Of a DNA stretch of 64,000 nt, positions 1-10,051 are shown piece after piece (positions within the stretch are counted from its first letter, which is position 1; the number at the start of each line of letters is the position of its first letter). The stretch spans positions 1,152,001-1,216,000 of the forward strand of contig OY771587.1 of assembly GCA_963674825.1 (NCBI GenBank). Reading direction: 5' to 3'. Source of the stretch: Candidatus Cloacimonadales bacterium. GTDB lineage: Bacteria > Cloacimonadota > Cloacimonadia > Cloacimonadales > JAIOQZ01. The notes under the pieces are model-generated. The model saw only the letters and a program-made list of their open reading frames with translations, was not told the DNA's origin and ran no database searches. Made by a program: the position numbers and the translations under genes.

Positions 1-263
1 TCAAGGCGACGGGGATGGTCGAATTTGAGAAGGTCGCCATCTTCGATATCGACAACGGTAATCGATTCGAGACCTACATCCTCAAAGGCGAAGCCGGATC
101 CGGCGTGATCGGTGTCAACGGCGCTGCGGCCAGAATGGTGCATCGCGGCGACAAGATCATCGTTGTAAACTACGGCCACCTCACACCCGAAGAGATGAAG
201 GATCACAAGCCAACCGTCGTCGTGATCGACAGCCCTGACAACAAGAAATGGCATCGGATATGA
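1..263 (+). CDS. panD: Aspartate 1-decarboxylase, 5' end cut by window edge
   Basis: NGNRFETY…GSGVIGVNGAAAR…GDKIIV motifs; frame is open to the window start; ATGA overlap with panC. Confidence 0.93.
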   Translation, partial: KATGMVEFEKVAIFDIDNGNRFETYILKGEAGSGVIGVNGAAARMVHRGDKIIVVNYGHLTPEEMKDHKPTVVVIDSPDNKKWHRI

Positions 264-1102
264 CACCCGTCGTACTCGAGACTATCAAGCAAACGCGCGA
301 AAAATCGCTCAGCTTGCTGCGCGAAGGACTCGTGATCGGGTTCGTGCCTACTATGGGCTATCTGCACGAAGGGCATCTTAGTCTGGTTCGTACGGCAAAG
401 CAGGACTGTGACGTCGTCTTCGCAAGCATCTTCGTCAATCCCACCCAATTCGGCCCCACCGAGGACCTCGCCACTTACCCACGTGATCTCGACCGCGATC
501 TGGAACTCTTGGGAAGCGAGGGCGTCGACTACGTCTTTTTCCCCAGCAACGAAATGATGTATCCGCAAGGTTACAAGACCTACATCACGGTCGAAGAGAT
601 CAGCGGCATCCTCTGCGGCAAATCGCGCCCCACACATTTCCGTGGTGTAGCGACGGTCGTCGCCAAGCTGATGAACATCGTTATGCCGCACCGCATGTAT
701 ATGGGAGAAAAAGACTTCCAGCAGGTTGTAGTGCTCGAGACCATGATTCGCGACCTGAATTTCTCCACGCGCATCGTCCGCTGCCCCATCGTACGAGAGG
801 AAGACGGACTGGCGATGTCGAGCCGCAACAAATACCTCGACCCCCAGCAGCGCAAACAGGCCCTGTGCCTGCATGAATCGATGCAGATTGCGAAGCGGAT
901 GTTCGCCGAGGGAATCACGGAAACGGAGAAGCTCCGCGCGGCCATGCAGCAGCACATCGAATCCATTGGCGGTGTTATCGACTACATCGAGTTCGTCGAT
1001 TCTACTTCACTGGAATCCCTCGATCAGGTTTCTACGGGCAACAGGATTCTGCTGGCGGTCAAGATCGGTTCCACGCGCTTAATCGACAACACACAAGTCT
1101 GA
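260..1102 (+). CDS. panC: Pantoate--beta-alanine ligase
   Basis: FVPTMGYLHEGH, SIFVNPTQF, RPTHFRGV, GEKDFQQ, GLAMSSRN, RLIDN; start placed at the ATG overlapping the panD stop. Confidence 0.97.
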   Translation: MTPVVLETIKQTREKSLSLLREGLVIGFVPTMGYLHEGHLSLVRTAKQDCDVVFASIFVNPTQFGPTEDLATYPRDLDRDLELLGSEGVDYVFFPSNEMMYPQGYKTYITVEEISGILCGKSRPTHFRGVATVVAKLMNIVMPHRMYMGEKDFQQVVVLETMIRDLNFSTRIVRCPIVREEDGLAMSSRNKYLDPQQRKQALCLHESMQIAKRMFAEGITETEKLRAAMQQHIESIGGVIDYIEFVDSTSLESLDQVSTGNRILLAVKIGSTRLIDNTQV

Positions 1103-1118
1103 GATAGAGGATCGCTTC

Positions 1119-2216
1119 ATGGAACAAATGGATGTCCTGGTAATCGGAGCAGGCGCCGTAGGACTGGCGGTGGGCAATGAACTCGCGGGAACGTGTGGCG
1201 ACGTGGTGGTCGTCGAACAGGAAGATTCGTTCGGCAGGCACACCAGCAGCCGTAACAGCGAAGTGATCCACTCCGGGATATACTACCCGCAAGGCACTCT
1301 CAAGGCTACGCTTTGCCTCGAAGGCAGCCAACTTCTCTATCAATTCTGCGATGAGCACGGCATCCCACACAGCAACTGCGGTAAAATCGTTGTCGCCACC
1401 AAGGAAGACGAGCTGGAAGCACTGCAGAAGCTTTACCAGAACGGGCTCAACAACCACGTGCAGGGCCTGGAAATCATCGACGGCAGCAAATGCCACGAGA
1501 TAGAACCACAAATCAGCGCGATTCGCGGCCTGTGGGTTCCCAGCACCGGTATTTTCGACACCCATTCCTACATGAAGAAACTCAGCCAGCTCATCGAAGA
1601 TAACGACGGCTTTGTGATCTACGACATGAAGGTGGAACGCATCGAGAAGATCGACGATGGCTATCGAGTTTATTTCGAGAATGGCGAAGTCTTCCAGACG
1701 CGCATTCTCGTTAATTGCGGCGGACTTTTTTGCGGCCAGGTAGCGAAGATGGCTGGTATCGAGACAACCGAAGCCGACCTGGATATCCACTGGTGCAAGG
1801 GTGAGTATTTCAAAACAACCCACATTCACGGCATCAATCACCTGGTTTACCCCATGCCCGATCCTCAGGGTAAATTTCTCGGTATCCACCTGACCATCAA
1901 CCTCAACGGCGAGGTTCGCTTCGGCCCCAACGCCTACTACGTTGACGAGATCGATTACCGCCTGGACGAAACCAACAAACCGGAGTTCCTGGCAGCGGTG
2001 AAGCAGTATATCGACGTGGACGAAGAATTTTTCACACCCGATGATTGCGGCATTCGTCCCAAACTGCAAAAACCCGGCGGTGCGTTCAGGGACTTCTACA
2101 TCGAAGAAGAATCGAAGCGCGGCCTGCCCGGATTCATCAACCTCATGGGCATCGAATCCCCCGGCCTCACGGCGTCGCTGGCCATTGCGAAAAAAGTCAG
2201 AGCGCTGATCTCGTAG
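1119..2216 (+). CDS. FAD-dependent oxidoreductase, L-2-hydroxyglutarate oxidase (LhgO)-like
   Basis: GAGAVG Rossmann motif, TSSRNSEVIHSG, FGP, GIRPK, GIESPGLTAS. Confidence 0.85.
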   Translation: MEQMDVLVIGAGAVGLAVGNELAGTCGDVVVVEQEDSFGRHTSSRNSEVIHSGIYYPQGTLKATLCLEGSQLLYQFCDEHGIPHSNCGKIVVATKEDELEALQKLYQNGLNNHVQGLEIIDGSKCHEIEPQISAIRGLWVPSTGIFDTHSYMKKLSQLIEDNDGFVIYDMKVERIEKIDDGYRVYFENGEVFQTRILVNCGGLFCGQVAKMAGIETTEADLDIHWCKGEYFKTTHIHGINHLVYPMPDPQGKFLGIHLTINLNGEVRFGPNAYYVDEIDYRLDETNKPEFLAAVKQYIDVDEEFFTPDDCGIRPKLQKPGGAFRDFYIEEESKRGLPGFINLMGIESPGLTASLAIAKKVRALIS

Positions 2217-2306
2217 ATTATACCTCGAAAATCGGCACTATCAGTTAATCAAATAGCGAAAATTTCCTGAATTAGATTCTATACAGCATTGAGATCAATT
2301 TTTCAT

Positions 2307-2335
2307 TTGACAATAATTTTTCTTCACCCTACAAA
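2307..2335 (+). promoter_or_regulatory. Possible sigma70 promoter for the tandem secreted-protein genes
   Basis: TTGACA-17 nt-TACAAA in an AT-rich gap, upstream of AGGAGG RBS. Confidence 0.45.
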
Positions 2336-2383
2336 TTGGCCATCCACTTAACAGGACTATAGGGCAATGAAATAGGAGGGTGT

Positions 2384-3961
2384 ATGAAAACTGTATTGAT
2401 GGTATTAATTCTGGCATTGGCATTCCAACTGACTGCGTTGATGGATTTCACGCAGATGAACAACATTTCGATCGAGAACGGAACCTATTCTTACGCGGAA
2501 ATGAAATCCGTCCAGGGCGAAGACTGCATCATCGTCTATTCACAAGACATGAACAATATCTACCTGACCATTTGCGATACCGACGGCAACACATTAGATA
2601 CGATGTCCCTCGCGATGACGGATAGCACAAGTAACCGCAAGATGTGTTATTTTGAGTTTGAGGATGAGCCGTACCTTGTTGTGACTCGGATTGTGAAAGA
2701 TGATAGAATATACAATGGTAACAACTGGACGGAACCTATTCATTTCGTTTGTGAAATCCTGTCGTTAACGGGCAACGAAAGCATTGATGAACACATCGTC
2801 GATACAACTGCAAGTGAATACCATCATGACAGCTCGTGTACTGTCATGCGGAACTGCTCAGGGTCGACAACAAAGTGCGTGACATGCTATGATGATGTAA
2901 ATCCATGCACCCTTTATGTTTCCTTTCGACAAACGTACTCTCAACAGTCATATTATGATGAATTATCCTACAGTGACTACGGGGATATCTCAATAATGAG
3001 CCAAGTTCACTTCAACAACAGCAATGACATCAGCTATTCGTTCGTTGACGACATTGGCCTTGATATAATTTCGGGAATCGCCGAGGGATATCCGGCAATA
3101 TGTGTTGGGCGTCATGCATCAAAAAATGTGTATAACGATTATCGTGAAACTTCCATCTCTGTGGACAATTATATTTACGCCAATAATAATATTGTATCCA
3201 GAGATTTATATATATACGGGTCGCACATGTCTGCATATAATTCAGATCGTTACCTGTTACTTTCGGATAACTATCCCGGAGATGCCAATTCTCTCGTTTT
3301 CTTATCTGTTGAATACGACTGGGATAGTGACTCATTAGACTACATATTCAGCGGATGCAGTATGTCGGGGGCATTAATATGGTCAACGGATGAGACAAAT
3401 CTGATTGAAAGCGACTTTCTCACAGGAACAAGCGCTTCTTGTTGCTTCCATGATGTAAATAACACCCCACTGACAGTTTACTTTGCTCCTAGTACCAATA
3501 ATTACGAAGTACGTGACATGACCAACGGCGATATCACAGACAGCGGAGAAGCGCCGTTCACCCCTGTGAATATTGAGCGAATCGAAGATGAGACGCTTGT
3601 CTATCTGGCACCAACGAATGAAGGCGTGGAGGTATGGCACGGCACCTACACCGTCGGAATCGACGACCCGACCGACAGCCCAGCGCTCGAGCTTACAGCC
3701 GGCAATTACCCGAATCCGTTCAATCCCACCACCACGATCAGCTACTCGCTGCCATCGAGCGGCATGGTGGAAGTCAGCGTGTTCAATACCCGCGGTCAGC
3801 TTGTCAGAACGCTGGTGCATGAGAAGATGGACACCGGCAATTTTGAAGTGGTGTGGCATGGAGATGATGAAAATGGGAAGCCCGTATCATCAGGAATTTA
3901 CCTTTATCGCGTGCAGGCAGACAACCGCACGATAACAGGTAAGATGTTGATGCTGAAATAA
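2384..3961 (+). CDS. Secreted protein with C-terminal FlgD-Ig/T9SS-like sorting domain (paralog 1)
   Basis: AGGAGG RBS; signal peptide; C-terminal GNYPNPFNPTTTISYSLP…VSSGIYLYR…KMLMLK. Confidence 0.85.
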   Translation: MKTVLMVLILALAFQLTALMDFTQMNNISIENGTYSYAEMKSVQGEDCIIVYSQDMNNIYLTICDTDGNTLDTMSLAMTDSTSNRKMCYFEFEDEPYLVVTRIVKDDRIYNGNNWTEPIHFVCEILSLTGNESIDEHIVDTTASEYHHDSSCTVMRNCSGSTTKCVTCYDDVNPCTLYVSFRQTYSQQSYYDELSYSDYGDISIMSQVHFNNSNDISYSFVDDIGLDIISGIAEGYPAICVGRHASKNVYNDYRETSISVDNYIYANNNIVSRDLYIYGSHMSAYNSDRYLLLSDNYPGDANSLVFLSVEYDWDSDSLDYIFSGCSMSGALIWSTDETNLIESDFLTGTSASCCFHDVNNTPLTVYFAPSTNNYEVRDMTNGDITDSGEAPFTPVNIERIEDETLVYLAPTNEGVEVWHGTYTVGIDDPTDSPALELTAGNYPNPFNPTTTISYSLPSSGMVEVSVFNTRGQLVRTLVHEKMDTGNFEVVWHGDDENGKPVSSGIYLYRVQADNRTITGKMLMLK

Positions 3962-3985
3962 ATTTGCTTTAGATAAGGAGGATTC

Positions 3986-5536
3986 ATGAAAACTGTACTG
4001 GTTACTCTAATGCTCGTGCTGGCTTTCCAGCTGGCTGCTGAAATGGAATTCACACAGAAGAACACGATCTCGATCCCAAATGGTGTATACTCCTTTGCAG
4101 AACTCAGATATGTTCAGGGAGAAGAACAGATTGTCGTGTACTCGAAGGACACGAACAATTTCTACCTCACTTTCTGCGATAAAGATGGAAACATTCTGGA
4201 GACAATGTCTCTGGCAATGCCCTACGATACAATATACAGCCGGATGAGCTACTTCGAATGGGATGATATCCCGTACGTCGTAGTGAATTCCGTGGCAAGA
4301 ACCGATAGCGTGGTGAACAATAACAGCTGCCAGATACACAGCTATTCCACTTTTTCGCTCTATAACCTTCAATCGGGTGAATGCACGGTATCCGATACCG
4401 TTAGAAGCTACCTCACCGATTACTCCTGGGAAAGTTCAATGGGTTATCAGGACTATCATATCTATAATGTCAGAACCAACCAACCCATCGCCACATACGG
4501 CCCCGGTTATAACGGTATATTGCTGTCCGCCCCCTATAACCTCACAGAGGTTATCTATAATGCGCAGTATGGCAATATCTTTGAATATACTACCAATTAT
4601 TCGTTCTATTGCAGGAAAACGGTTATCTCTCCGGATGAGATCACGCACAACTGCATCGAGCAGTATGGTCACACTGAAATTGAGGGACACATAGCGGATA
4701 ATCCCAGAATATCCTCCAGCTACACGCAAACGCTTAACTTCCAGGATCCGTATATGACGGATATCTTTATCTATTGGAATGGACAAGCCAATTTTATGGC
4801 GGAGAATATGGGCGAAACAAGTCTGCACCCATTCCTGCTCATCTCGGATCATTACCCGGCACAACCGCAGAGTTTCACTGTCTGGGAAACGCAATACAAT
4901 GGTGAACCTCAGGTCAGTGAATTTGACCTGGAAGGAAACCGTATCTGGTCACAGCAAGATACTTCCATGCCCATGACGGTCGCATTCGAGAATCTCTCAT
5001 TCCGGCCCGTATCCTGCTGTTTCGGAGCAGCGCAGAGCGTAGCTTATACCGTCTATTTCGGGATAACCGGCGACAATTATGAAGTCCGGAATCGAATCAA
5101 CGGTCACCTGATGGACTCTGGCGAAGCACCGTTTTCTCCAGACAACATAGATCGCATGGCTGATGAAACACTGGTCTTCCTCGCACCCATTTACCAGGGC
5201 GTGGAAGTGTGGCACGGGAACTACCCCGTCAGCGTTGACGACCCCACCGAAAGTCCGGAGTTGGAGCTTACCGTAGGAAACTACCCAAATCCGTTCAATC
5301 CCACCACCACGATCAGCTATTCGCTGCCATCGAATGGCATGGCGGAAGTCAGCGTGTTCAATACGCGCGGTCAGCGGGTCAAAACGTTGGTTAACGAGAA
5401 GATGGAAGCAGGTGATCATGAAGTCGTATGGCATGGCGATGATGAAAATGGAATGGCTGTGTCGTCCGGAATCTATCTGTATCGCGTGCAGGCAAATGAC
5501 CGCATCGTCACTGGGAAGATGTTGATGTTAAAATAA
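3986..5536 (+). CDS. Secreted protein with C-terminal FlgD-Ig/T9SS-like sorting domain (paralog 2)
   Basis: AAGGAGG RBS; N- and C-termini clearly homologous to 2384..3961, central part divergent. Confidence 0.85.
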   Translation: MKTVLVTLMLVLAFQLAAEMEFTQKNTISIPNGVYSFAELRYVQGEEQIVVYSKDTNNFYLTFCDKDGNILETMSLAMPYDTIYSRMSYFEWDDIPYVVVNSVARTDSVVNNNSCQIHSYSTFSLYNLQSGECTVSDTVRSYLTDYSWESSMGYQDYHIYNVRTNQPIATYGPGYNGILLSAPYNLTEVIYNAQYGNIFEYTTNYSFYCRKTVISPDEITHNCIEQYGHTEIEGHIADNPRISSSYTQTLNFQDPYMTDIFIYWNGQANFMAENMGETSLHPFLLISDHYPAQPQSFTVWETQYNGEPQVSEFDLEGNRIWSQQDTSMPMTVAFENLSFRPVSCCFGAAQSVAYTVYFGITGDNYEVRNRINGHLMDSGEAPFSPDNIDRMADETLVFLAPIYQGVEVWHGNYPVSVDDPTESPELELTVGNYPNPFNPTTTISYSLPSNGMAEVSVFNTRGQRVKTLVNEKMEAGDHEVVWHGDDENGMAVSSGIYLYRVQANDRIVTGKMLMLK

Positions 5537-5637
5537 TTTCGGCTTTTGCGTAGCAAAAACGAAATGGTCGAACGAAAGCCTTTCGCGAAGCGAAATAGCG
5601 AAAGTGGAACGTCGGCTTTTGCGCAGCAAAAAACGAG
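5536..5637. repeat. Three-hairpin element with C(GNA)G triloops (copy 1)
   Basis: TTTTGC-GTA-GCAAAA, TTTCGC-GAA-GCGAAA, TTTTGC-GCA-GCAAAA; 30-nt core matches 17959-17988 at 29/30. Confidence 0.8.
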
Positions 5638-5654
5638 ATTTACTGTGCTATCTT

Positions 5655-5681
5655 GTAGGGGCAATCCACTGTGATTGCCCT
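5655..5681 (+). repeat. GTAG-type REP-like palindrome
   Basis: GTAG+GGGCAATC-cactgt-GATTGCCC; related copies at 33558-33691 and 41331-41355. Confidence 0.75.
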
Positions 5682-5810
5682 TTTCTTATGGAACGCGAAC
5701 GTCTATGAATTTGTTTGCAAATTCGAATCCCCATGATCGTCCGCATTGGTTTTCAGGTCCTATGTAATCATGTTCCAATGTTGATTTCATTGATATTGGA
5801 TAGAGAAGAA

Positions 5811-5911
5811 GAGAGATGCCAAGCTTAGGGGATTCGATTTATCAGACTGCGTCTGAAAATCACAGGTACTTGGCGATCCAGGGAGAATAAATGCACTGCA
5901 GGAGCTCTGCG
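5811..5911. repeat. Palindromic repeat family ATGC(CA/AG)AGC…GCT(TG/CT)GCG…CCAGG; first unit interrupted by a hairpin insert
   Basis: Matches the intact unit AGAGATGCCAAGCTAGGGCTTGGCGATCCA at 54751-54780 and CAGGAGCTCTGCG at 54837-54849. Confidence 0.7.
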
Positions 5912-6000
5912 CATTCATACTGAAGGCTAGCCCTGAGATCAAGCATTCGAAAGTAACACTGGAACCTCACTGTCTCACTACCCATCGTTACGCAGGATAC

Positions 6001-6027
6001 AAAAAAACGCCCCCGAAATGGAGGCGT
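6001..6027 (-). terminator. Rho-independent terminator at the end of the mre/rodA gene run
   Basis: ACGCCCC/GGAGGCGT hairpin with an A-tract on + (U-tract on -). Confidence 0.6.
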
Positions 6028-6050
6028 GTAATGCTAAGAACTGAATCCCC

Positions 6051-6323
6051 TTAATCCGCAGTCTCAAACTCCTCAACTATTGTGCCATCAATGTAGAGCT
6101 TTTTGGGGCGACTTGGCATTCCGGTTTTCTTGATTTTGTCGCTGTCACCTTCTTCGACATGACGCCAGATTTCCCATTGTTCACCATCACCATCGATGCA
6201 AAACGTAATACCCTTACGGGTAAAGTCATCGATGATAAATTGGATGGAGTCAAGAGGTTCCGCCTTTGTGACAGGGATACAGAAATTCTTTTTGTCGTAA
6301 CAAAATCTCGAATCCTTTTTCAT
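6051..6323 (-). CDS. Hypothetical protein, 90 aa
   Basis: GGAGGTG RBS; co-oriented 12 nt after the previous gene; followed by a terminator. Confidence 0.7.
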   Translation of the reverse strand: MKKDSRFCYDKKNFCIPVTKAEPLDSIQFIIDDFTRKGITFCIDGDGEQWEIWRHVEEGDSDKIKKTGMPSRPKKLYIDGTIVEEFETAD

Positions 6324-6335
6324 ATCACCTCCAGT

Positions 6336-6935
6336 TTATTCGTTGAATCTGAACACTTGATAACTTCCGACATCGTCGATCCAGAGGATTCGATCCGATG
6401 TGGAATTGATCGTAATGATGATGCGTGCAAAACGGGCATAACTGTTATAAATGGCGGAGTTGAACTCGATCTTCTGCCAGTCTTCGTCAGCGGTAACGAC
6501 GTGGATATCCTGATCCAGCTTGTTACCCTCCTCATCGAAAACAATGAAGAAGCATTCGATTCGATCGCCCGATTCCCGGCTTGCCCGTATATTGATGTGA
6601 TTGTAGTATGCTGTGAAAGGCTCTACAGCAAAGGATTCCGAAATCAGGCTGACCGTGTTCTTCTCGCCTTTAATTCGGATGCATCGCTCCCCCTCGATAG
6701 CACCCGTATCGACCCAGCTAACCTCGGATATGTCGCTCTTCGCGCGCATAACCATCCAGTCCGCCGGGAGCGAGCTCGGGTTATAGACACCATAAACTCC
6801 GTCTTCAAAGCCCGGATTCGCGATAAGATTGGGTTTGCCTTCCGCATCTGCCGCGGTGAAGTTCAGGGTTGAACCAAAGAAACATCCCGCCAGCAACGCG
6901 ATGATCAGAAACGATCCTGCTATGATTCTCTTCAT
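6336..6935 (-). CDS. Lipoprotein with carbohydrate-binding (CBM4/9-like jelly-roll) domain
   Basis: Lipobox LLAGC; NLIANPGFE…W…WIDDV pattern. Confidence 0.65.
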   Translation of the reverse strand: MKRIIAGSFLIIALLAGCFFGSTLNFTAADAEGKPNLIANPGFEDGVYGVYNPSSLPADWMVMRAKSDISEVSWVDTGAIEGERCIRIKGEKNTVSLISESFAVEPFTAYYNHINIRASRESGDRIECFFIVFDEEGNKLDQDIHVVTADEDWQKIEFNSAIYNSYARFARIIITINSTSDRILWIDDVGSYQVFRFNE

Positions 6936-6948
6936 CTCCTCCCTCATA

Positions 6949-8154
6949 TCATACTGTGAATACTCTTTCGCCAGCAAATTTCAAGAACAGTCCGATCCCA
7001 AGCGAATTGACCAGGAGGCTCGAACCGCCATAACTTATGAATGGAAGGGGAATCCCGGTAGTCGGGAAAAGCCCCATGTTCATTCCGACATTGATAAAGA
7101 CCTGCATGAACAAATATGCCAGGATGCCATAAGAGGCAATCCGGTATTGCTTTCGTTTGATTCGACCAGCCAATGCTACCATCCGCATCAACATCCACGC
7201 AAACAGCAGGATCAGAACGAAGCACCCCATGAAGCCGAACTCCTCACCGATCACCGAAAAGATGAAGTCGGTTTGCTTCGCGGGTAAAAACTCGAGATTC
7301 TTCTGGGTTCCCATCAGGAATCCCTTTCCTGTGACACCACCGGAGCCGATGGCAATTTTCGCCTGAATGATCTGATATCCCGCCCCCAATGGATCACGCG
7401 TGGGATCGAGAAACGTAAGGATTCTCGATTGCTGATAAGGCTTCAAGCCGTTCCAGATCAGCGGAGTCATCAGGTAGATGAACATGTTCAGTGCGATCGC
7501 AATCCCGATATACGGGAACGAGAACCTCTGCCGGTAAAGCACAAAAAGCAACACGAGCAGAAACACGATAAACACCACGATGTGCACCCTGGTCAAAAGG
7601 GTTATCACCGGGCTGGCGATCAGAAACAGGTAGATCGGCGGAATTCCCGCGGACATCCACACGATGAACAAGGTGAACCAAAACACCAGGGATGTTCCGA
7701 GATCGGGTTCCAGAAGCACGAGTATGGCTGGTATCCCAAAACCGGTCAAAGACCTGAGAAACGTCTTCCATTCGCTCATCCAGGGGCCAGATAGATGCCG
7801 CGCAACAAAAAGAATTGTCGCGAGTTTGGCGATCTCCGACGGCTGGATCTTGAACAAACCAAGAGATATCCAGCGATGCGATCCTCCCGTTGACGGAAGA
7901 AACGGTACGACAATCAACATCAGCAGTGATATCACATATAGAGGATCAACCAGAATGTCGATAAACTGGTTCGGCGTTCGAAGTACAACAACCACCGCAA
8001 TCAATGACGCCGCAATCCAGATTATTTGCCGGATATAGAAGCTTTGAACGTGGACTTCGTCGCCTATGCGTGTGGATGATGCGGAATAAATCGCGAAAAC
8101 GCCGATGATCATCAAGATCAACCAGAGACACAGGAGCTGATAGTCCAATTTCAT
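6949..8154 (-). CDS. rodA: Rod shape-determining peptidoglycan polymerase RodA
   Basis: RWISLG…QPSEIAK, EPDLGT, GYQIIQAKIAIGSGG, TDFIFSVIGEEFG, PFISYGGSS; mre context. Confidence 0.95.
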   Translation of the reverse strand: MKLDYQLLCLWLILMIIGVFAIYSASSTRIGDEVHVQSFYIRQIIWIAASLIAVVVVLRTPNQFIDILVDPLYVISLLMLIVVPFLPSTGGSHRWISLGLFKIQPSEIAKLATILFVARHLSGPWMSEWKTFLRSLTGFGIPAILVLLEPDLGTSLVFWFTLFIVWMSAGIPPIYLFLIASPVITLLTRVHIVVFIVFLLVLLFVLYRQRFSFPYIGIAIALNMFIYLMTPLIWNGLKPYQQSRILTFLDPTRDPLGAGYQIIQAKIAIGSGGVTGKGFLMGTQKNLEFLPAKQTDFIFSVIGEEFGFMGCFVLILLFAWMLMRMVALAGRIKRKQYRIASYGILAYLFMQVFINVGMNMGLFPTTGIPLPFISYGGSSLLVNSLGIGLFLKFAGERVFTV

Positions 8155-8284
8155 GCTTTTCTCATTATCACCGTGTTGAAAAAAAGTTGTCAAGTGTAAC
8201 TTCGGATATTTTCATCTCGCTTCGGACTACTACAAAACAGATCACGCCGCCTCCAGTCTTAAAAACGCATGGAAAACCTTGCAG

Positions 8285-10051
8285 TTACTGATGATATTTC
8301 TCATGATACAACCTCACAATCTGCCCGGCAATTGGCGCAGCTACGCTACCACCATGGCCGGCATTCTCCATGAATACCACGATCGCAATCTCTGGCTTGT
8401 CCCATTCAGCCCAGCCTGCATACCAGGCATGAGTAGTCTTTCCCTGGTGATTCTCGGCTGAACCGGTCTTGCCATATATCTCGGCAATTGGATGATTGGC
8501 TGTCTTGCCTGTCCCGGCCGGTGTGTTCACAACCTTGTAAAGCGCTCGCCGGATGATCGACTTAGTATCTGCCGAAAGGGGTATTGTTTTCTCCTCCCAC
8601 GGCTGGCTGAACCGTTCGGCGTTTTCGCCGATCAGTTTCTTGAGGAGATGCGGCTGACGCCAGATTCCATCCGTTGCCAGCGCTGCATAATAGCAGCACA
8701 TTTCAAGAGGCGAGCAGAGGATTTCTCCCTGCCCAATGCTCAGGTTTACTTTCATACCCTTGATGCTGACGTACTTACCGTAATGATCGACGTACCATTG
8801 CTCCGAAGGAAAGAAGCCTGAGCGCTCCTGCCCGATATCGATGCCGGTGCGACCGACAAGATGATTCTGCATTGTGAAGTTTCTTAGGTCATCGAGGTCC
8901 AGTCGATCTGAAAGATCGTAGAAATATACATCGCATGATTGAGCTATTGCATCGACAACATTCAGCTTTCCATGGCCCCACGAGTTCCAGCAACGATAAT
9001 ATCGGTTTCCGACCCAATATCCTCCATCGCAGAATGCCAGCTTTTCATCGGGCTCTATCAGTTCCCGTTCCAGCGCCAGCGATGCAACCAGCGGCTTATA
9101 GACTGATCCGGGAGGATAGGTACCGTGGATAATCCGATCCATCAAAGGTCGTGCCGGGTCATTGACGAGCGCATCCCATTCCTCAGCACTAATGCGTGAC
9201 ATAAAAATGTTCGGATCGTATTCAGGTGTGCTGATATAGCTGAGGATATCGCCGTTATTGACATCCATCACCACTACTGCTGCACGGGCGTCACTCGGAA
9301 GAAGATCCTGGATTGATTTCTGCAGTTCAGAATCAATAGTCAGCACCATTTGCAAACCAGGCTGCGGTTCTTTTTCGAGGTTATGCGTTAAAAAATGGAG
9401 ATTGCGTCCACGAGCATCGACCTGTAGAACCCGATAGCCTGGACTACCGCGCAGAATACTCTCGTAGCTCTTTTCGATGCCATTTTTCCCGACATAATCC
9501 TCCATCGAGTAATCTTGATCCTGAAGCGCTTTGTATTCCTTTTCGCCAATCTTCCCCATATATCCGGTGAAATGATTTTCCATCAGATAGTTACGGGAGT
9601 TTTCGGTCCTGAACGAAAGTGATGGATAGTAGTTGAGATATTCTGAAGTGCTGATGAAATCATCGTATTCTACATCCTTGACCAGCCGTATCTCGTGATA
9701 CGAGCGAAAGCGATTGTTGTAGATGATTTCCAGAACATCTTCGCGTGTGATATCAAACTGGCTTGATACAAATTCTGCCAGTTCTTCCTTGTTTCTGATC
9801 TTGCCAGGAACGAACACCAGGTTGATCGACGGCTTGTTGAGCGCAAGCGGCTGATAGTCTCGATCGAAAATTTCCCCTCTTGTAGCCGGAACTCGAATCA
9901 AGCGGACATAGTTGTTTTCAGCGATTTGAGCGTATGTGTCCCCCTGCAAGATCTGTAGACGTGCCAACATCAGCAGAAGCATTAGGAAACTCAGCACAAT
10001 GCCGAGGTGAAAAATACGGCTCATACTTTTACTATTGGTCGTCTCGGACAT
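8285..10051 (-). CDS. mrdA: Penicillin-binding protein 2
   Basis: RGEIFDR, PGSVYK (SxxK), SCD (SxN-like), KTGSAE; mre operon. Confidence 0.93.
   Translation of the reverse strand: MSETTNSKSMSRIFHLGIVLSFLMLLLMLARLQILQGDTYAQIAENNYVRLIRVPATRGEIFDRDYQPLALNKPSINLVFVPGKIRNKEELAEFVSSQFDITREDVLEIIYNNRFRSYHEIRLVKDVEYDDFISTSEYLNYYPSLSFRTENSRNYLMENHFTGYMGKIGEKEYKALQDQDYSMEDYVGKNGIEKSYESILRGSPGYRVLQVDARGRNLHFLTHNLEKEPQPGLQMVLTIDSELQKSIQDLLPSDARAAVVVMDVNNGDILSYISTPEYDPNIFMSRISAEEWDALVNDPARPLMDRIIHGTYPPGSVYKPLVASLALERELIEPDEKLAFCDGGYWVGNRYYRCWNSWGHGKLNVVDAIAQSCDVYFYDLSDRLDLDDLRNFTMQNHLVGRTGIDIGQERSGFFPSEQWYVDHYGKYVSIKGMKVNLSIGQGEILCSPLEMCCYYAALATDGIWRQPHLLKKLIGENAERFSQPWEEKTIPLSADTKSIIRRALYKVVNTPAGTGKTANHPIAEIYGKTGSAENHQGKTTHAWYAGWAEWDKPEIAIVVFMENAGHGGSVAAPIAGQIVRLYHEKYHQ

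Noticed and set aside
5715..5735. TTCGAATCCC resembling a tRNA T-arm or att remnant
   Set aside because: No cloverleaf; better explained as a minus-strand GGGATTC-hairpin element
5536..5920. Possible CRISPR mini-array
   Set aside because: Units are not identical or regularly spaced, and there are no cas genes
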